Assembly: GCA_001938485.1 (NCBI GenBank)
Contig: MQRK01219504.1
Span: forward strand, 1 to 64,000
Length of the DNA stretch: 64,000 nucleotides
Direction of reading: 5' to 3'
DNA from: Girardia tigrina
Lineage: Eukaryota
Shown here: piece by piece, positions 52,959 to 64,000 of the stretch
How the letters are laid out: each line of letters opens with the position of its first letter
Position numbering within the stretch: position 1 is the stretch's first letter
Notes under the pieces: model-generated
Told to the model about the DNA's origin: nothing
Database searches by the model: none
The model's input: the letters and a program-made list of their open reading frames with translations, nothing else
Program-made: the position numbers and the translations under genes

Positions 52959-54012
52959 CCGTGTTTCCCCGATAGTAAGACACCCCCGATTGTAAGACGT
53001 ATCGGGAGTTTCAGAAGGGTCAGCTAATATAAGCCGTACCCCGAAAGTAAGACATATGTCTTACTTTCGTCTGGATGGCACTAAAGCAACACCGCTACTC
53101 ATTGCAAAGGGCAAGAAAGAGAAGATTGAGCGGGTTTCTGGCATTTATGTGCTGGAAATTGAAAAAGCCTGGGTCACACACGATGTTATAAGAAAGTAGC
53201 TTGATTTAATGCTGCCGCTTGTAATGGTGGGAACAAAAGAGGAATGCTGATCTGGGATGCAGCCAGCACACACCACGCTAAAACCATGAAAAACTTCCTT
53301 CATGAGCGGAGAATTGACCAAATCATGATTCCTGCAGGGATGACGGCTTATCTTCAGACTCTCGATATCGCCATTAACAAGCCGTTCAAGGACTATCTGC
53401 GTGTGGAAATCAATGACTACATTGAATACCGAATGGAGAGAAATGTACGTGGGAACTTTGTGAAGCCCAGACTGCCAGTGATTGTTAACTGGGTAAAGAA
53501 TTCTTGGAATAAGATCACTAACACCTGCGTTGCAAATGCACTGCGAGCTGTCTACCTGGACAAAGCTTGCTCATTTCAGGACAGTGCCGTTGCTACCCAT
53601 GAGAAATATGAGCCAATGATTCGGCAAGAAATGTCGTCCAGAGAGTCCCAAGAAAACCCACAGGAACCTAAGAGTGCGGATGTTTATGATGATATCCCAG
53701 AGAATGATGACATGGTTGTCATGGAATAAATCTGTTTTATCTTCCAGTATTCTACTGTTCGTTCTTACCATTTTTCATTGTTTTACATGTTATGCAATGT
53801 TGTAACAAGACATTCTTGGCACTTCCTTTTATTAACCTGTTTTGTGGTGAATACAATACTATTCAGGTTGTTAATAAATGTTAATTTTATGGTTAAAACA
53901 AAAAATTCGACAATTTTTTCTTAATATAAGACATACGCCGAAAGTAAGACATAGTGGGGCTTTTAGGGATAAAAAGAAAGTAAGACACTGTCTTACTTTC
54001 GGGGAAATACGG
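52959..54012 (+). mobile_element. Internally deleted Tc2/pogo-type transposon
   Basis: TIRs CCGTGTTTCCCCGATAGTAAGACA / TGTCTTACTTTCGGGGAAATACGG, TA duplication. ORF 53244-53729 LIWDAASTH, IPAGMTAYLQTLDIAINKPFKD. Confidence 0.93.
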
Positions 54013-54594
54013 TATTAGATAAGGTCTTTATTTCTAAAATTCACATATTTTTAATTTGTTCTGAAGATTTAAACCAATTTTCTTATATTATTTTGACTGT
54101 ATGTCATCTCGGGAGTCCGTAATTTTAAGTCTTCCTGTTCTTCCGATTTTTTAGTCTTATTTTTTGATTTTATCTTTCTAATGTTATCATAGAGCATAGA
54201 TTTATGGATTTGAAACATCTGAGTAATTTGCTTATTGAAACGTCTTTTCGATGTGCATTCAAAATGTTTACCTTCTTAGTTTTTAATAATTCTCTTCTGG
54301 TCGTTTTAGAATTTCGAATTACTATAAAGCATGGTAAATGCGATCTGTAAACAAAAATTATTATGGTTATAAATAAATTTCTTTATGATTTTCAAAGTAT
54401 TATTGTCAATTGGATGGTTTTATTTAATCTGTCCGGTGACTTTTAAACAAATACAAATGGTTTTTTTAGATTGAAACCAATTTTTATTATTTAGAAATTT
54501 CAAGGTTTTATAGTTAAATTATAATTAAAATGGGTTGAAATTATAAAGAAATTGTTATTTTATACTAATTGTGCAATTTAATGCTTATTTATTT

Positions 54595-55180
54595 AAAAAG
54601 GGAAGTAAAAAACCAGGCACCCTTTGATTTTTGGGATAGCGAAGTAAAGTTTATAAGACATTAACATATTACTGATATATTTGAAAACTAATGACAAATC
54701 ATTTTTATAAATTAAAAAATTGAATTTTATAATGTATTTTAAAAACGCAGTATATTTTAAAGGAATATCCGTCATCATCAAACATTTCTTTTTTATACAT
54801 GTGAATATAATAAGTGCAGCGCCAAAAACATTGGAGAGACGGGTTGTTATTTGTGTAAAAAGGTTCGTAAGAATTTACAAATAAGTATAAGTAATAATAT
54901 TGATAAACATACAAAACAATAACACTACTTTTGAAATAAATAATGCTAAAGTATTATGCAGCAATTTAGAGGTTATTGGAAATGAATCTCATATATATCC
55001 AGCTAATAATAATCCAGCCATAAATGTCCTGTGAAGTGACTCATCAATTTTGTTAAAAGTTTCTGTTTGAAACAATAATTACATAATCGATTGTGTAATT
55101 ATTATTGGACATGTGTATGCTTAATTGATTGGATCAGTTCTGCCTGATCGTGATGGATATTCCGTCAAAATTTATTACTT
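54595..55180 (+). mobile_element. Penelope-like remnant (RT thumb, GIY-YIG, degenerate hammerhead at 55144-55172)
   Basis: SNISFYTCEYNKCSAKNIGETG (C..C...YIGETG), NLEVIGNE..PAINV, and CTGATCG-TGATGG-atatt-CCGTC-AAAA. Confidence 0.65.
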
Positions 55181-56139
55181 TATTAATTTTGTTGAATTAC
55201 AAAATATCATTTTAAATTTATATAAAAGCATATGATAAAGAAATGTTAATATAAATCCGATGAAAATCAAAACAAAATTTCCTTTTAAATATTTGTTTAA
55301 ATATTTTTTTATTTTATGTCGTCGCGACTCTACAATTTAGGAATCTCTGTTAAAAAAACATTCGGTGTTGTTTCGCTTAAAATTGATATTTTCTACAATC
55401 GATCAAAACATCATAAAATAATAATAAAAATAATTTTCGGAGATACAAAAAAGTTTTAATATTTTCTTAAATATCATATTAGAATATAAAAATTTTATTT
55501 TATAAATAAAATAAGAAATTTAAATATAAAGAATAATAATAACAAAGTTAAAAGAAACGATAGCGTAAATTTATTATACTAAATTAGCTACAATTTTCGT
55601 TATGGTCTTTCCTAATGTTTCATATCCTCTTTGTTGATTTTTATGATTTTAATCAATAATAAATAAATAAATTATTTTAAATAGTGTTAGGAAAATTTAC
55701 TTTTCTCCCGTTTTGCCTCAGACCCATTCTTTATTCACTCGTTAAAACTATTAAGAACATTGAGACAAGTCTCATTTGAATTTTCATTACTATCACATTT
55801 AGAGTCATTACAACTCTCAGAAGATCTTTCACCGTTTGACATCGCTCTAATCGGTTTCGTTATTTCTATTTTTAACCATGATTATTCATATAATTTTTCT
55901 AAATATTTTTAAAGTATTTAAATTTTAAAATATTAATTAAAAATAATAATTTAAACCATTTCTAAATAAAAACATAAAATTATAAAAATGTTATCAAATT
56001 ATTAAAAATGACTTAAAACTAATTAAAAGATTTTCTTTTCTTCAAAAATATATGAAACTTAATTTTAATTGTTAATTTAAAAAACATAAACTTATCAAAT
56101 TATTATTATGTTCGAATAGTCAATCACTTTAAATTTAAT

Positions 56140-56890
56140 AATATTATTAATAAAAAAAATTTTTTATAAAAACAACCACGTTTTTCAAGCATTACCAATG
56201 CACTAAAAAGAGGAAAATAATTTTTTTCTAGACATGTGCGAAATTTTATACNNNNNNNNNNNNNNNNNNNNNNNNNNNNNNNNNNNNNNNNNNNNNNNNN
56301 NCAAAAACGTGGGGCGGATTTCTGAATTACTGCTATTAGTAACTGCTATTTCCTCTTTACTGCTTTTTAGTAACAATCGATCATTTCTATGCCCACGTTT
56401 TTGGTTAGGTATAAAATTTCGCACATGTCTAGAAAAAAATTATTTTCCTCCTTTTAGTGCATTGGTAATGCTTGAAAAACGTGGTTGTTTTTATGAAAAA
56501 TATTTTTTATTAATAATATTATTTAACTATTTTTAGTTATCATTTAGGAATTTTTTTTCAAAATTTTTTTTATCAAATTGTATTGTCATCGGAAGCAAGC
56601 CTGTATAAAACTTCATTCATGAAAATAAACGAAAAGATTGCTATTTAATACAGTGTATAAATTTGTAGATAATCGTAAGTGGTTTTTTGCAAAAAAAATT
56701 AGAAAAAATTATTTTTTTTCAAAATTTTTTTTGTAATATTGTATTGTCATTGGAAGCAAGCCTGTATAAAAAAATTCAGCTCAATTGAATGACTGAAAGT
56801 GGTCGAAAAATCATTCGCAAGATTTTTTCCAGACAAACAGACAAACAGACAAACAGACAAGAAAGCAAGCTAATAAAAACGTGGTAAAAA
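56140..56890 (+). mobile_element. Helentron-associated (HINE/DINE-like) non-autonomous element with an internal fold-back (56140-56520)
   Basis: ACCACGTTTTT near the 5' end, (CAGACAAA)n microsatellite and AAGCTAATAAAAACGTGGTAAAAA 3' end. Internal direct repeat at about 56551 and 56713. Confidence 0.6.
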
Positions 56891-56934
56891 TATACAAATT
56901 TCCATCTGGGTGGGAAAATCACCATTCTAAATTC

Positions 56935-57848
56935 TTCTTCTTCTTCTTCTTTTTACCTTAGCCGTTGGGCCGTGGGTGCACCCCATTATAAACAAGCCTT
57001 CGCTACATCTTTCTATTTGTAGATTCTTTTCTCAGACATTCCATAATCATTCCAGTCCATTCTTTTAAATCGTCCATCAATTGCCTCTTTGGTCTTCCTC
57101 TTGGTCTTTCTCCTTCCACTCATCCTTCAATCATATCCTTTGCTAATGCTTGTTTTCTTATTTGGTGACCGTAGAATTTCAGCTTCCTTCTCGTGATGAT
57201 CTCATCTATTGATTCCGGTCTTTTACCTAGTATTTCTGTCACTCTCCTCCAAACAAAGTCATTTGTCTTCTTTTCTTTCCACGTGATCTTCAGCATTCTC
57301 CTGTAACACTTCATTTCAAACGCTTTAAGCCTATCCATACTCTTCTGATTTATTGTCCAACTCTCGCATCCATAGAGGAATGTTGCCCCGACAACAGCCA
57401 TAGTGATCTTCAATCTGGTCTTGAGATGGATTTCTTTGAGGTTGAAAACTGTCCGAAGCTTAATCATTGCGCTTATTGATATACCAATCCGGCTTCTGAT
57501 TTCTTCTTTGCTTCCCCCATTCTCTGTGATAGTAGAGCGTAAATATTTGAAACTCCTTACTTGTTCCAGCTTCTCCCCTTCAATGAAAATCTCCAGTTTA
57601 ACCTCGTTGTTATGGTTTCCTGAAAAAATTACTTTGCTTTTTTGTCTGTTGATTTCCATTCCGAAATTGTTTGACGCTTTGTGTAATCTGTTCGTGAGTT
57701 CCTGAATCTCTGCCTCATCTTTGCCGATTAGATCTATATCATCAGCAAATCGTAGGTTGGTTATTCTTGTTCCTGCGCAGCTTATTCCAACATCGTCTAG
57801 ATCTTCTATTGCTTCCATAACAATTCTCTCAAGAAAAAGGTTGAACAG
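56935..57848 (-). mobile_element. 5'-truncated RTE-clade LINE with (GAA)n tail and 10-bp target-site duplication
   Basis: LFNLFLE, LRFADDIDL, FKYL.S.I, LYGCESWT, FEMKCYRRML, RGRP. TTCTAAATTC at 56925-56934 and 57849-57858. Confidence 0.95.
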
Positions 57849-59101
57849 TTCTAAATTCAACATACTTAAATCAATATACAATATCAACACTTTCAAACAA
57901 TTTAAAATATTCCTCACAATCACAATTGTTTTAAACTTGAATCTTCTACAATTTAAAAGATATAAAGAGGTTATTGACCTAGCTTCATTTGGAATAGACC
58001 ATATTTCTAAGCCAAAAACTTTTCTTTTCAAAAAAAATTATTAATTTTACAAAACAAAAAAAAATCCCCAGGATCACTTTATCATCACAATTGTGAAATA
58101 AAAATGCAAACAAATTTCATTAATAAACTTTTTTCAAATATATAATTTAAATTTTTTAAAAAGTATAATAAATTACTATTTTTAATTATTATATTATATT
58201 TCTTTTTTTTGGTTTTTTAACTTTGACAAAAATAAACACTTTTCCTAATACTTTTCCAAATTAACAGGAGAAAAAAAACATGAAAATTCACCAATTTCCT
58301 AAATACCATTTTAATTCAAATAAATATTAGTGGATTTTATTAAAAAAAAAATTATTTTTTATGTTTTACTGATTACGTTGACATTTTCAAAGACGACAAA
58401 ATGTCATTCGTCATGGATATTAACACATAATAGTCAATGAGAACCGGGCAAATTATTCCCAAACAAACATGTGACACTGAAACATATTCCTTTTCCTATT
58501 ACTACGTTTGATGGAGAAAAACTTTCCTTTCGTCGAAACAAGGAAAAGTGATACATGTAAAAAGTAAATTTGTTAGAAAGATTTTTGTAGTTTTGTTTTT
58601 TTTTATTTATTTATTTTTTTTGAAAAGCAAATTTTAAAATAGATAATTCATCAGAAACGATGAAACAACATGCCACAGACTCTCAGATGGAGACATACAC
58701 GCGGACAGGCGTACACGCGTACACACGTCCACAAGTACACAGAGGAAGATTCTGTGGAAAAAATGGCAGAATATATTTTGCCTCCAGATTTTTTTTTAAA
58801 TATAGAAAATTAAAGCAAATAAATATTTGTTACTTTTCATTCTGCATTTTAATGATTGAAGCTTCCTATTTTTTTTGTGTTGGATATTCGAAATATGTGA
58901 CTATTTATTTGACTTAAAAAAATAAATAATTTTTCACAATAAAACAAAAAATATCAAATTTAGAAAATTTTTACAATTTAAATTTATAAATATATTTTTT
59001 ATTAATTTTTTTTAATTACTATTTATATAATAATTTTAAAAAAAATATTTAATTTTAACACGAAATAAATGATTTTAGGATATAAAAAATAAATTATAAT
59101 A

Positions 59102-60245
59102 TTAGTTTGGGGAAAAAGTAATCCATTATTTTAATCCATTATTTTCATTCATTATTAATCGATTAAACAATTTCAAATTTATGCTCTTTGTCAAGGTAAC
59201 ATTTCACAGTAATTTCTCAAAAAATTTTTGCTTTTTGTTATTCAGTTCTGAGTTACAGAGTGTTAAAAATGGAAGTCAACAAAGAAAAAATTCGGTACAT
59301 TTTACAGTTTTTATTCGATAAAGGCGAAAATACAAGCCAGACGGCTGTTATTGTGAATGGTGTTTATGGTGCCAATACTGTAACAGCTAATTACACGCAA
59401 TGTTGGTTTCGTCGATTCCATGGAGGCATTTTTGATGTTAAAGATGCACCTCGCACAGGCAGGCCTATCGTTGAAAATGTCGATAAAATCTCGGCTATGA
59501 TCGAGGTTAGTAGTCGTTGCATCGCACAGGAGCTGAAGATGGACCACAAAACGGTTTTAAACCATTTGCGCAAAGCAGGATTCAAAATGAAACTTGATGT
59601 TTGGGTTCCACACCAATTAACACAAAAAAACATGATGGATCGAATTTCAATCTGCGAAGCCTTGGTCAAACAAAATGAAATTGACCCATTTCTTAAACGG
59701 ATGGTTACTGGGGATGAGAAATTATTCTTATATTGTACGAAAACGATCGTGGTCAAAGTACAGTGAAGCACCTCAAACGGTCGCTAAACCAGAACTAACG
59801 GCAAGGGAGATTCTACTGTGTATTTGGTGGGTCTGGAATTAAATCATTTATTATGAGTTGCTTCCGTATGGTCAAACGCTAAATTCAAATCTGTACTGTC
59901 AAGAACTGGACCGTGTGAAGATAGCAATTGATGAGAAACGACCAGAATTGGCCAACAGAAGATGTTTTGTGTTCAATCACGACAACACCAGACCACATAC
60001 GTCTGTAGTGACTCGCCAGAAACTCAGGGAGCTTGGTGGGGAAGTTTTAATGCATCCACCATATAATCCCGGCCTGGCACCAAGCGATTACCACCTTTTC
60101 TTGCAATATAAAATTTCCTGAGTGATAAGAAATTGGTATCAATAGAAGATTTTACATATTTGACTCCAACAGGGCAATCCGAAACATGTTAAATAAAGTT
60201 TTTAATTTCACGCCAAAATAATGGATTTCCTTTTCTCAAACATAA
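59102..60245 (+). mobile_element. mariner (mellifera-like), decayed
   Basis: TIR TTAGTTTGGGGAAAAAGTAATCCATTATTTT / AAAATAATGGATTTCCTTTTCTCAAACATAA. WVPHQL, TGDEK, HDNTRPH, YNPGLAPSD. Confidence 0.95.
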
Positions 60246-61479
60246 CATTTTTAATTTTGTAGTACAATAAAATTTATTTAATTATTTTTTAAATGTTTGA
60301 TATATTAATGAGCGTTTATTTCAGAAAGTTTTAATATAAGTAATGTAAAGTTTTAAAGTTGTAATTTCAACTAAAATTTCAATTAGAATTTTGTAATTAA
60401 TTTTGATTTAAAATAATTATTGTTAAAAAATATTAAATTTTACAATTCCAAAGACCAAAAAAGTTTGTTCTTGGAATAAAAATTTTACAACAAATGTCTC
60501 TTTGATAAATAATTTGAAATCATATTTTATCAATTTTGGTATAACAAATTAATTTACTTAATTTAATAATTAAAATAGTATTTTTAAATATGCATCAATA
60601 TTTAAAAAAAATTATTTGCATATTTACAGGACCGAGGGAAAGAGTATTTTCTGACCCTCTAAATAATAATTACCACCCTCATAATAAAAAATATATTATA
60701 GTTTTTTTTATTTTTCTGAATTGTTATACGTCTGCCATTTTGGACTTACAAAAATTTACAAAAAACTGGAAATGTATTTATTTTATTATTTCTTTCACAG
60801 ATGATCCATGATTTTTTATATTTTATATTTTTAACGTATTTAGAAAAATTTATCTTGGTGAATCCATAAGGATTATCTTGTTTTAATAATTATCCAAAAA
60901 ATGTATTTTTTTATTATATACTATTTTGATGTCTCTTTTCGAATCAGGGACTAACCTTGTTTTCCACAGGAAAGCCTAAAATACTTCAATTTTGGTAAAA
61001 TAACACATAAATAACACTATTCAGAAGGATGACAAATAAGGAACTATCTTCCTAGAGTTGTAATGAAGATTACTCTAATTTTAATGATTTTTAAATGTTT
61101 AATTAATAAGTGTGTCAGTGAACTTAAAATTAATAAATGTTTTATTAACTATTGTTTATATAATTTTTTTTGAAAAACGATTTTCTTAATGCCTTTTAAG
61201 AACTCGATTATTGGACATGTTTGGGAAAGTCTTCCATCATCAGCAATTATATTTTATAGTTATTATTTTAATTACATTTATATTATAAATTTATTTATAT
61301 TAATTAGTTTAAGGAAGCTCCCCAATTAATCTTCAATAATAATTTAGAGTATTAAAATATCTTTTATTGAAAAAAGAAAATCGATTTCTATCAAAATTTT
61401 TATTACATACCTTGTTGTTATGAATAAAATAAATGAATATTATAAAAACATTTATAATTTTATTATCTAACAATAAACG

Positions 61480-61880
61480 GAAGGATGATAAAATAAGTTT
61501 AAACGAAACTATCAGTGTTTCGTTAATAAAAAGAAACGGGAATATAATGGGAGATGTCAAACAATGAAACGAATGATTAACTTGTAAAAAAAGAACAGTC
61601 TTACTGTAAATATGAATTATAAAGGCTTTCAGGATGTAAGTCGGGAATTTTGTTAGAAGTTATTTTTAAATATGAGTAGCGCAACAGCTGGAAACTATAG
61701 ACAATTTTGATTTGTTGAGTATAGTATTTCGATTTTTTATTGTGGAAACTTCGCTTTTGGAAGAAAGAAATTTGATAGATTTTCTTAGGTAATATTTGTA
61801 TTGGATAGATTATATTCTTCGTAAAGTAGTTTCGATAGATTATTAGTACGACCGGATAAAGATAAGTTTCTTTTAGTTCT
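61480..61880 (+). repeat. Divergent copy of the ORF-start repeat family with an ORF1-like continuation
   Basis: gagATGTCAAAC at 61551-61562 in a similar upstream context. GNF.LEVIF resembles GTFVEI.F downstream of the 17480 copy. Confidence 0.4.
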
Positions 61881-62773
61881 TGATTTAGTTTCCGAGCAGC
61901 AATTAATTAATCTTCCCAATTAATAATTTCAATTATTGATATTTTTAATATTCAAATCTTTTAATTATTATAATTATAATAATTATTTAATGCGGGGAGA
62001 CTTAAATATAATTTTCTTTTGCTTTGTTTTTTTTTGTTTTCTTTTAATTAATTATTTTCTCGGCTCTATTATTTCAAAGTTTCCATTTCTGAATTTTGAG
62101 CGATTATTTTCAAATGAAAAACATTTTCATTATTACAATACCAAACAATTACAAAATTAAATTATAAAACCAAACACATGAGCACATTAATAAAACTAAA
62201 AATAATGTCCTCATCAAATTACACAGTCGAATACTTTAATAGAGATATGTGATATATACATTAGCCTCCGCCAGATTTCAAAATGTATAAAATACGATAA
62301 AAACTGACAAAAAATGTATTATACAAAAAATCATAAAATATCAAAAGTATTAAATAATAATAACTTCTAAAATTCTGAAATTTCATGTTCTTAATGAGGG
62401 AAAATTATTTAATAATATCACGTTTCATTTCTAGAAAATAATTTTTTTATGAAATTGATAATAATAAATATAATAATATTAAATAAGAAATCAAAATAAT
62501 TTTCTGTAAAATAAAAAATAATGATGATTGAAGATAACCCGTTTGTTTTCTATTATTTAAAATTAATAATTATGCTGCAAGATATAATTAGAATAAAATA
62601 TTTAAAAATAGAAAATTAACAAAATAATATTAATAAATAAAAAAGATTATTTATAGCCGAATAAATTATTCATTCTTTAACTTATTTAATAAAGAAAAAA
62701 ATAATTAAAATTTCAAAATTCATATTAATAATTAAAAAATGACGACAAATTATTTTTTAAAAATCGAAAAACG

Positions 62774-62935
62774 TTCGTCAGAATATATTGTGATCAATTT
62801 CGACGGATCAACCGTCATCATCAGACTAAATTAACAATGACATATTCGCCTTTATGTATCAGATCAATAATTATGTAATCATTGCGTAATTTATAAATTA
62901 TTAAAGTCGAGGAGGATGGTGTTCGCACATTAAAA
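62774..62935 (-). mobile_element. Penelope-like pseudo-LTR with hammerhead motif (62797-62824), same family as 48841-49010
   Basis: aatttcgacggatcaaccgtcatcatcagact is identical to 48863-48894; flanks are homologous. Confidence 0.8.
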
Positions 62936-63087
62936 AAGAAGTTCCTGTTTACTTTTGAATGTATTGTTTTAATTTATGTGTGTGTTTGCATAAATTTATT
63001 ATTTTTATCTTTGGGTTTGTAATTATTTATGGTTGTATTTGGCTTGTGATCGTTCTGTTTGTTGAACGTTTTAGTGCTCTTTTAATA

Positions 63088-63810
63088 AGTGACGCGACAA
63101 AAGCGCCGCTCTTTTGAAAATTTTGTTTAAATTGTTAACAGAAATTCTTAAATTTAAATTCTTAACTCATTATTTCTACTATTATTATATTGTTTAAATC
63201 CCAAATAGTAAAGGACTTTTGAGTTCTTATAAAAAAATTGTAAAACTTATATTATTTGGGATTTAAACAATATAATGATAGTATAGATAATAGCGCCCCA
63301 ATAAAAGCGCCCAATGACTTGTAAAATTGAAACAATAACAAAAGCAACAAAATTTTAAAAATAAGAGTAATAAAATGAAAAGAAAAAAAGTAAAAAAATC
63401 ACACATTATATTATATTTCCAGATTATATGACAATCGTTTTAGATAATTTATAATATCATTTTGATTATAATTTTCTGTTAATATTTTTATCCGTATATT
63501 TATGCTAACATATTTGCTTTTCTAAGCTTCTGGTCGTCGAAATCCGGCTTGAAAACTTTCATATTCTATTTCTATTTGATTCTTTTCTTTTTAAAAATGT
63601 TCCACTATTTTAAAAATTGAGCGATGGTTGCACTCCACGGTTTGTTGAAAGGCTCTATGCCAACCTTCAACTAAATTATTTGTACGCGGTAAATCACTAT
63701 TAACTCTTTCAAACATATTCCAAACGTTTATTGGAAACATAGGTACTACTCTACAGTTGCGTCTCATTCTTCCAATATAATTATCCTCCAAATAATTATG
63801 GAAATAGTCA
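63088..63810 (-). mobile_element. MULE/Mutator-like transposase C-terminus and terminal-repeat remnants
   Basis: EDNYIGR..PMFP...WNMF....LPRTNNLVEGWH..F motif; GCGACAAAAGCGCC-type repeats at 63095 and 63300. Confidence 0.85.
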
Positions 63811-64000
63811 ACATATTCAAGAACTTCTATTAAAGTGGATGGAAAATTTCCTGATGGAGAACAAATTGTCCATTTTTCGTACCATATTGTAGCTTCAATT
63901 TGTAATTTTTTTTATATTGTATTGTGCACCACATTTTTTAAATTTTCACAAAATGTCATTTTGTCTAATTTTATAATGTTTCTAATTAAAAAAATTTTCT

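Larger units (their letters stand above)
55735..57925 (-). repeat. Minus-strand copy of the Cys/Asn ORF-start repeat family, split by Helentron-like and RTE insertions
   Basis: ORF 55842-55735 MSNGERSSESCNDSKCDSNENSNETCLNVLNSFNE. 55850-56140, 56890-56934 and 57849-57925 align to 16570-16878 plus 17346-17480. Confidence 0.85.

Noticed and set aside
57849-58031. Novel N-terminal extension on the 303-aa RT ORF (57120-58031)
   Set aside because: The LINE ends at the TSD at 57849; the first 61 or so codons are chance read-through from flanking repeat DNA.
58690-58745. ACACGCGT-like short repeats in a GC-richer patch
   Set aside because: Too short and degenerate to assign; probably a TE subterminal remnant.
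60630-60811. Possible next exon of the KAP gene
   Set aside because: It has an acceptor-like site but no donor before the stop and no recognisable homology.

Overview
Very AT-rich eukaryotic (animal-like) draft-assembly sequence with N gaps. Nothing indicates a prokaryote. The transposon spectrum and 18S fragment would fit a flatworm, but the organism cannot be established from this window. The only host-gene signal is two phase-1 exons on + (4575-4757 and 44467-44646); the second encodes the start of a KAP-family (Kidins220/NKPD1-like) P-loop NTPase domain with a degenerate Walker A. The rest is intron-like DNA full of decayed, often nested or inverted mobile elements. DNA transposons: four mariners, three pogo/Tigger/Tc2-type elements, a hATm-like element, piggyBac, Tc1, MULE and a Helentron-like element. 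Retroelements: an RTE LINE and a SINE sharing its tail, RLE-type non-LTR fragments, L1/Tx1-like debris, and several Penelope-like elements with hammerhead ribozyme motifs. Most notable: (i) a degenerate 18S rRNA copy interrupted by an intronless ACSL3/4 fragment; (ii) a DEDDh exonuclease ORF fragment captured inside the hATm transposase gene; (iii) a set of minimal hammerhead ribozymes, one nearly canonical at 12285-12330; (iv) a dispersed repeat family pairing a conserved CCCACCCAGATGG motif with a Cys/Asn-rich ORF start; (v) many fold-back inversions. All family calls come from motif recognition by eye; no database search was run.
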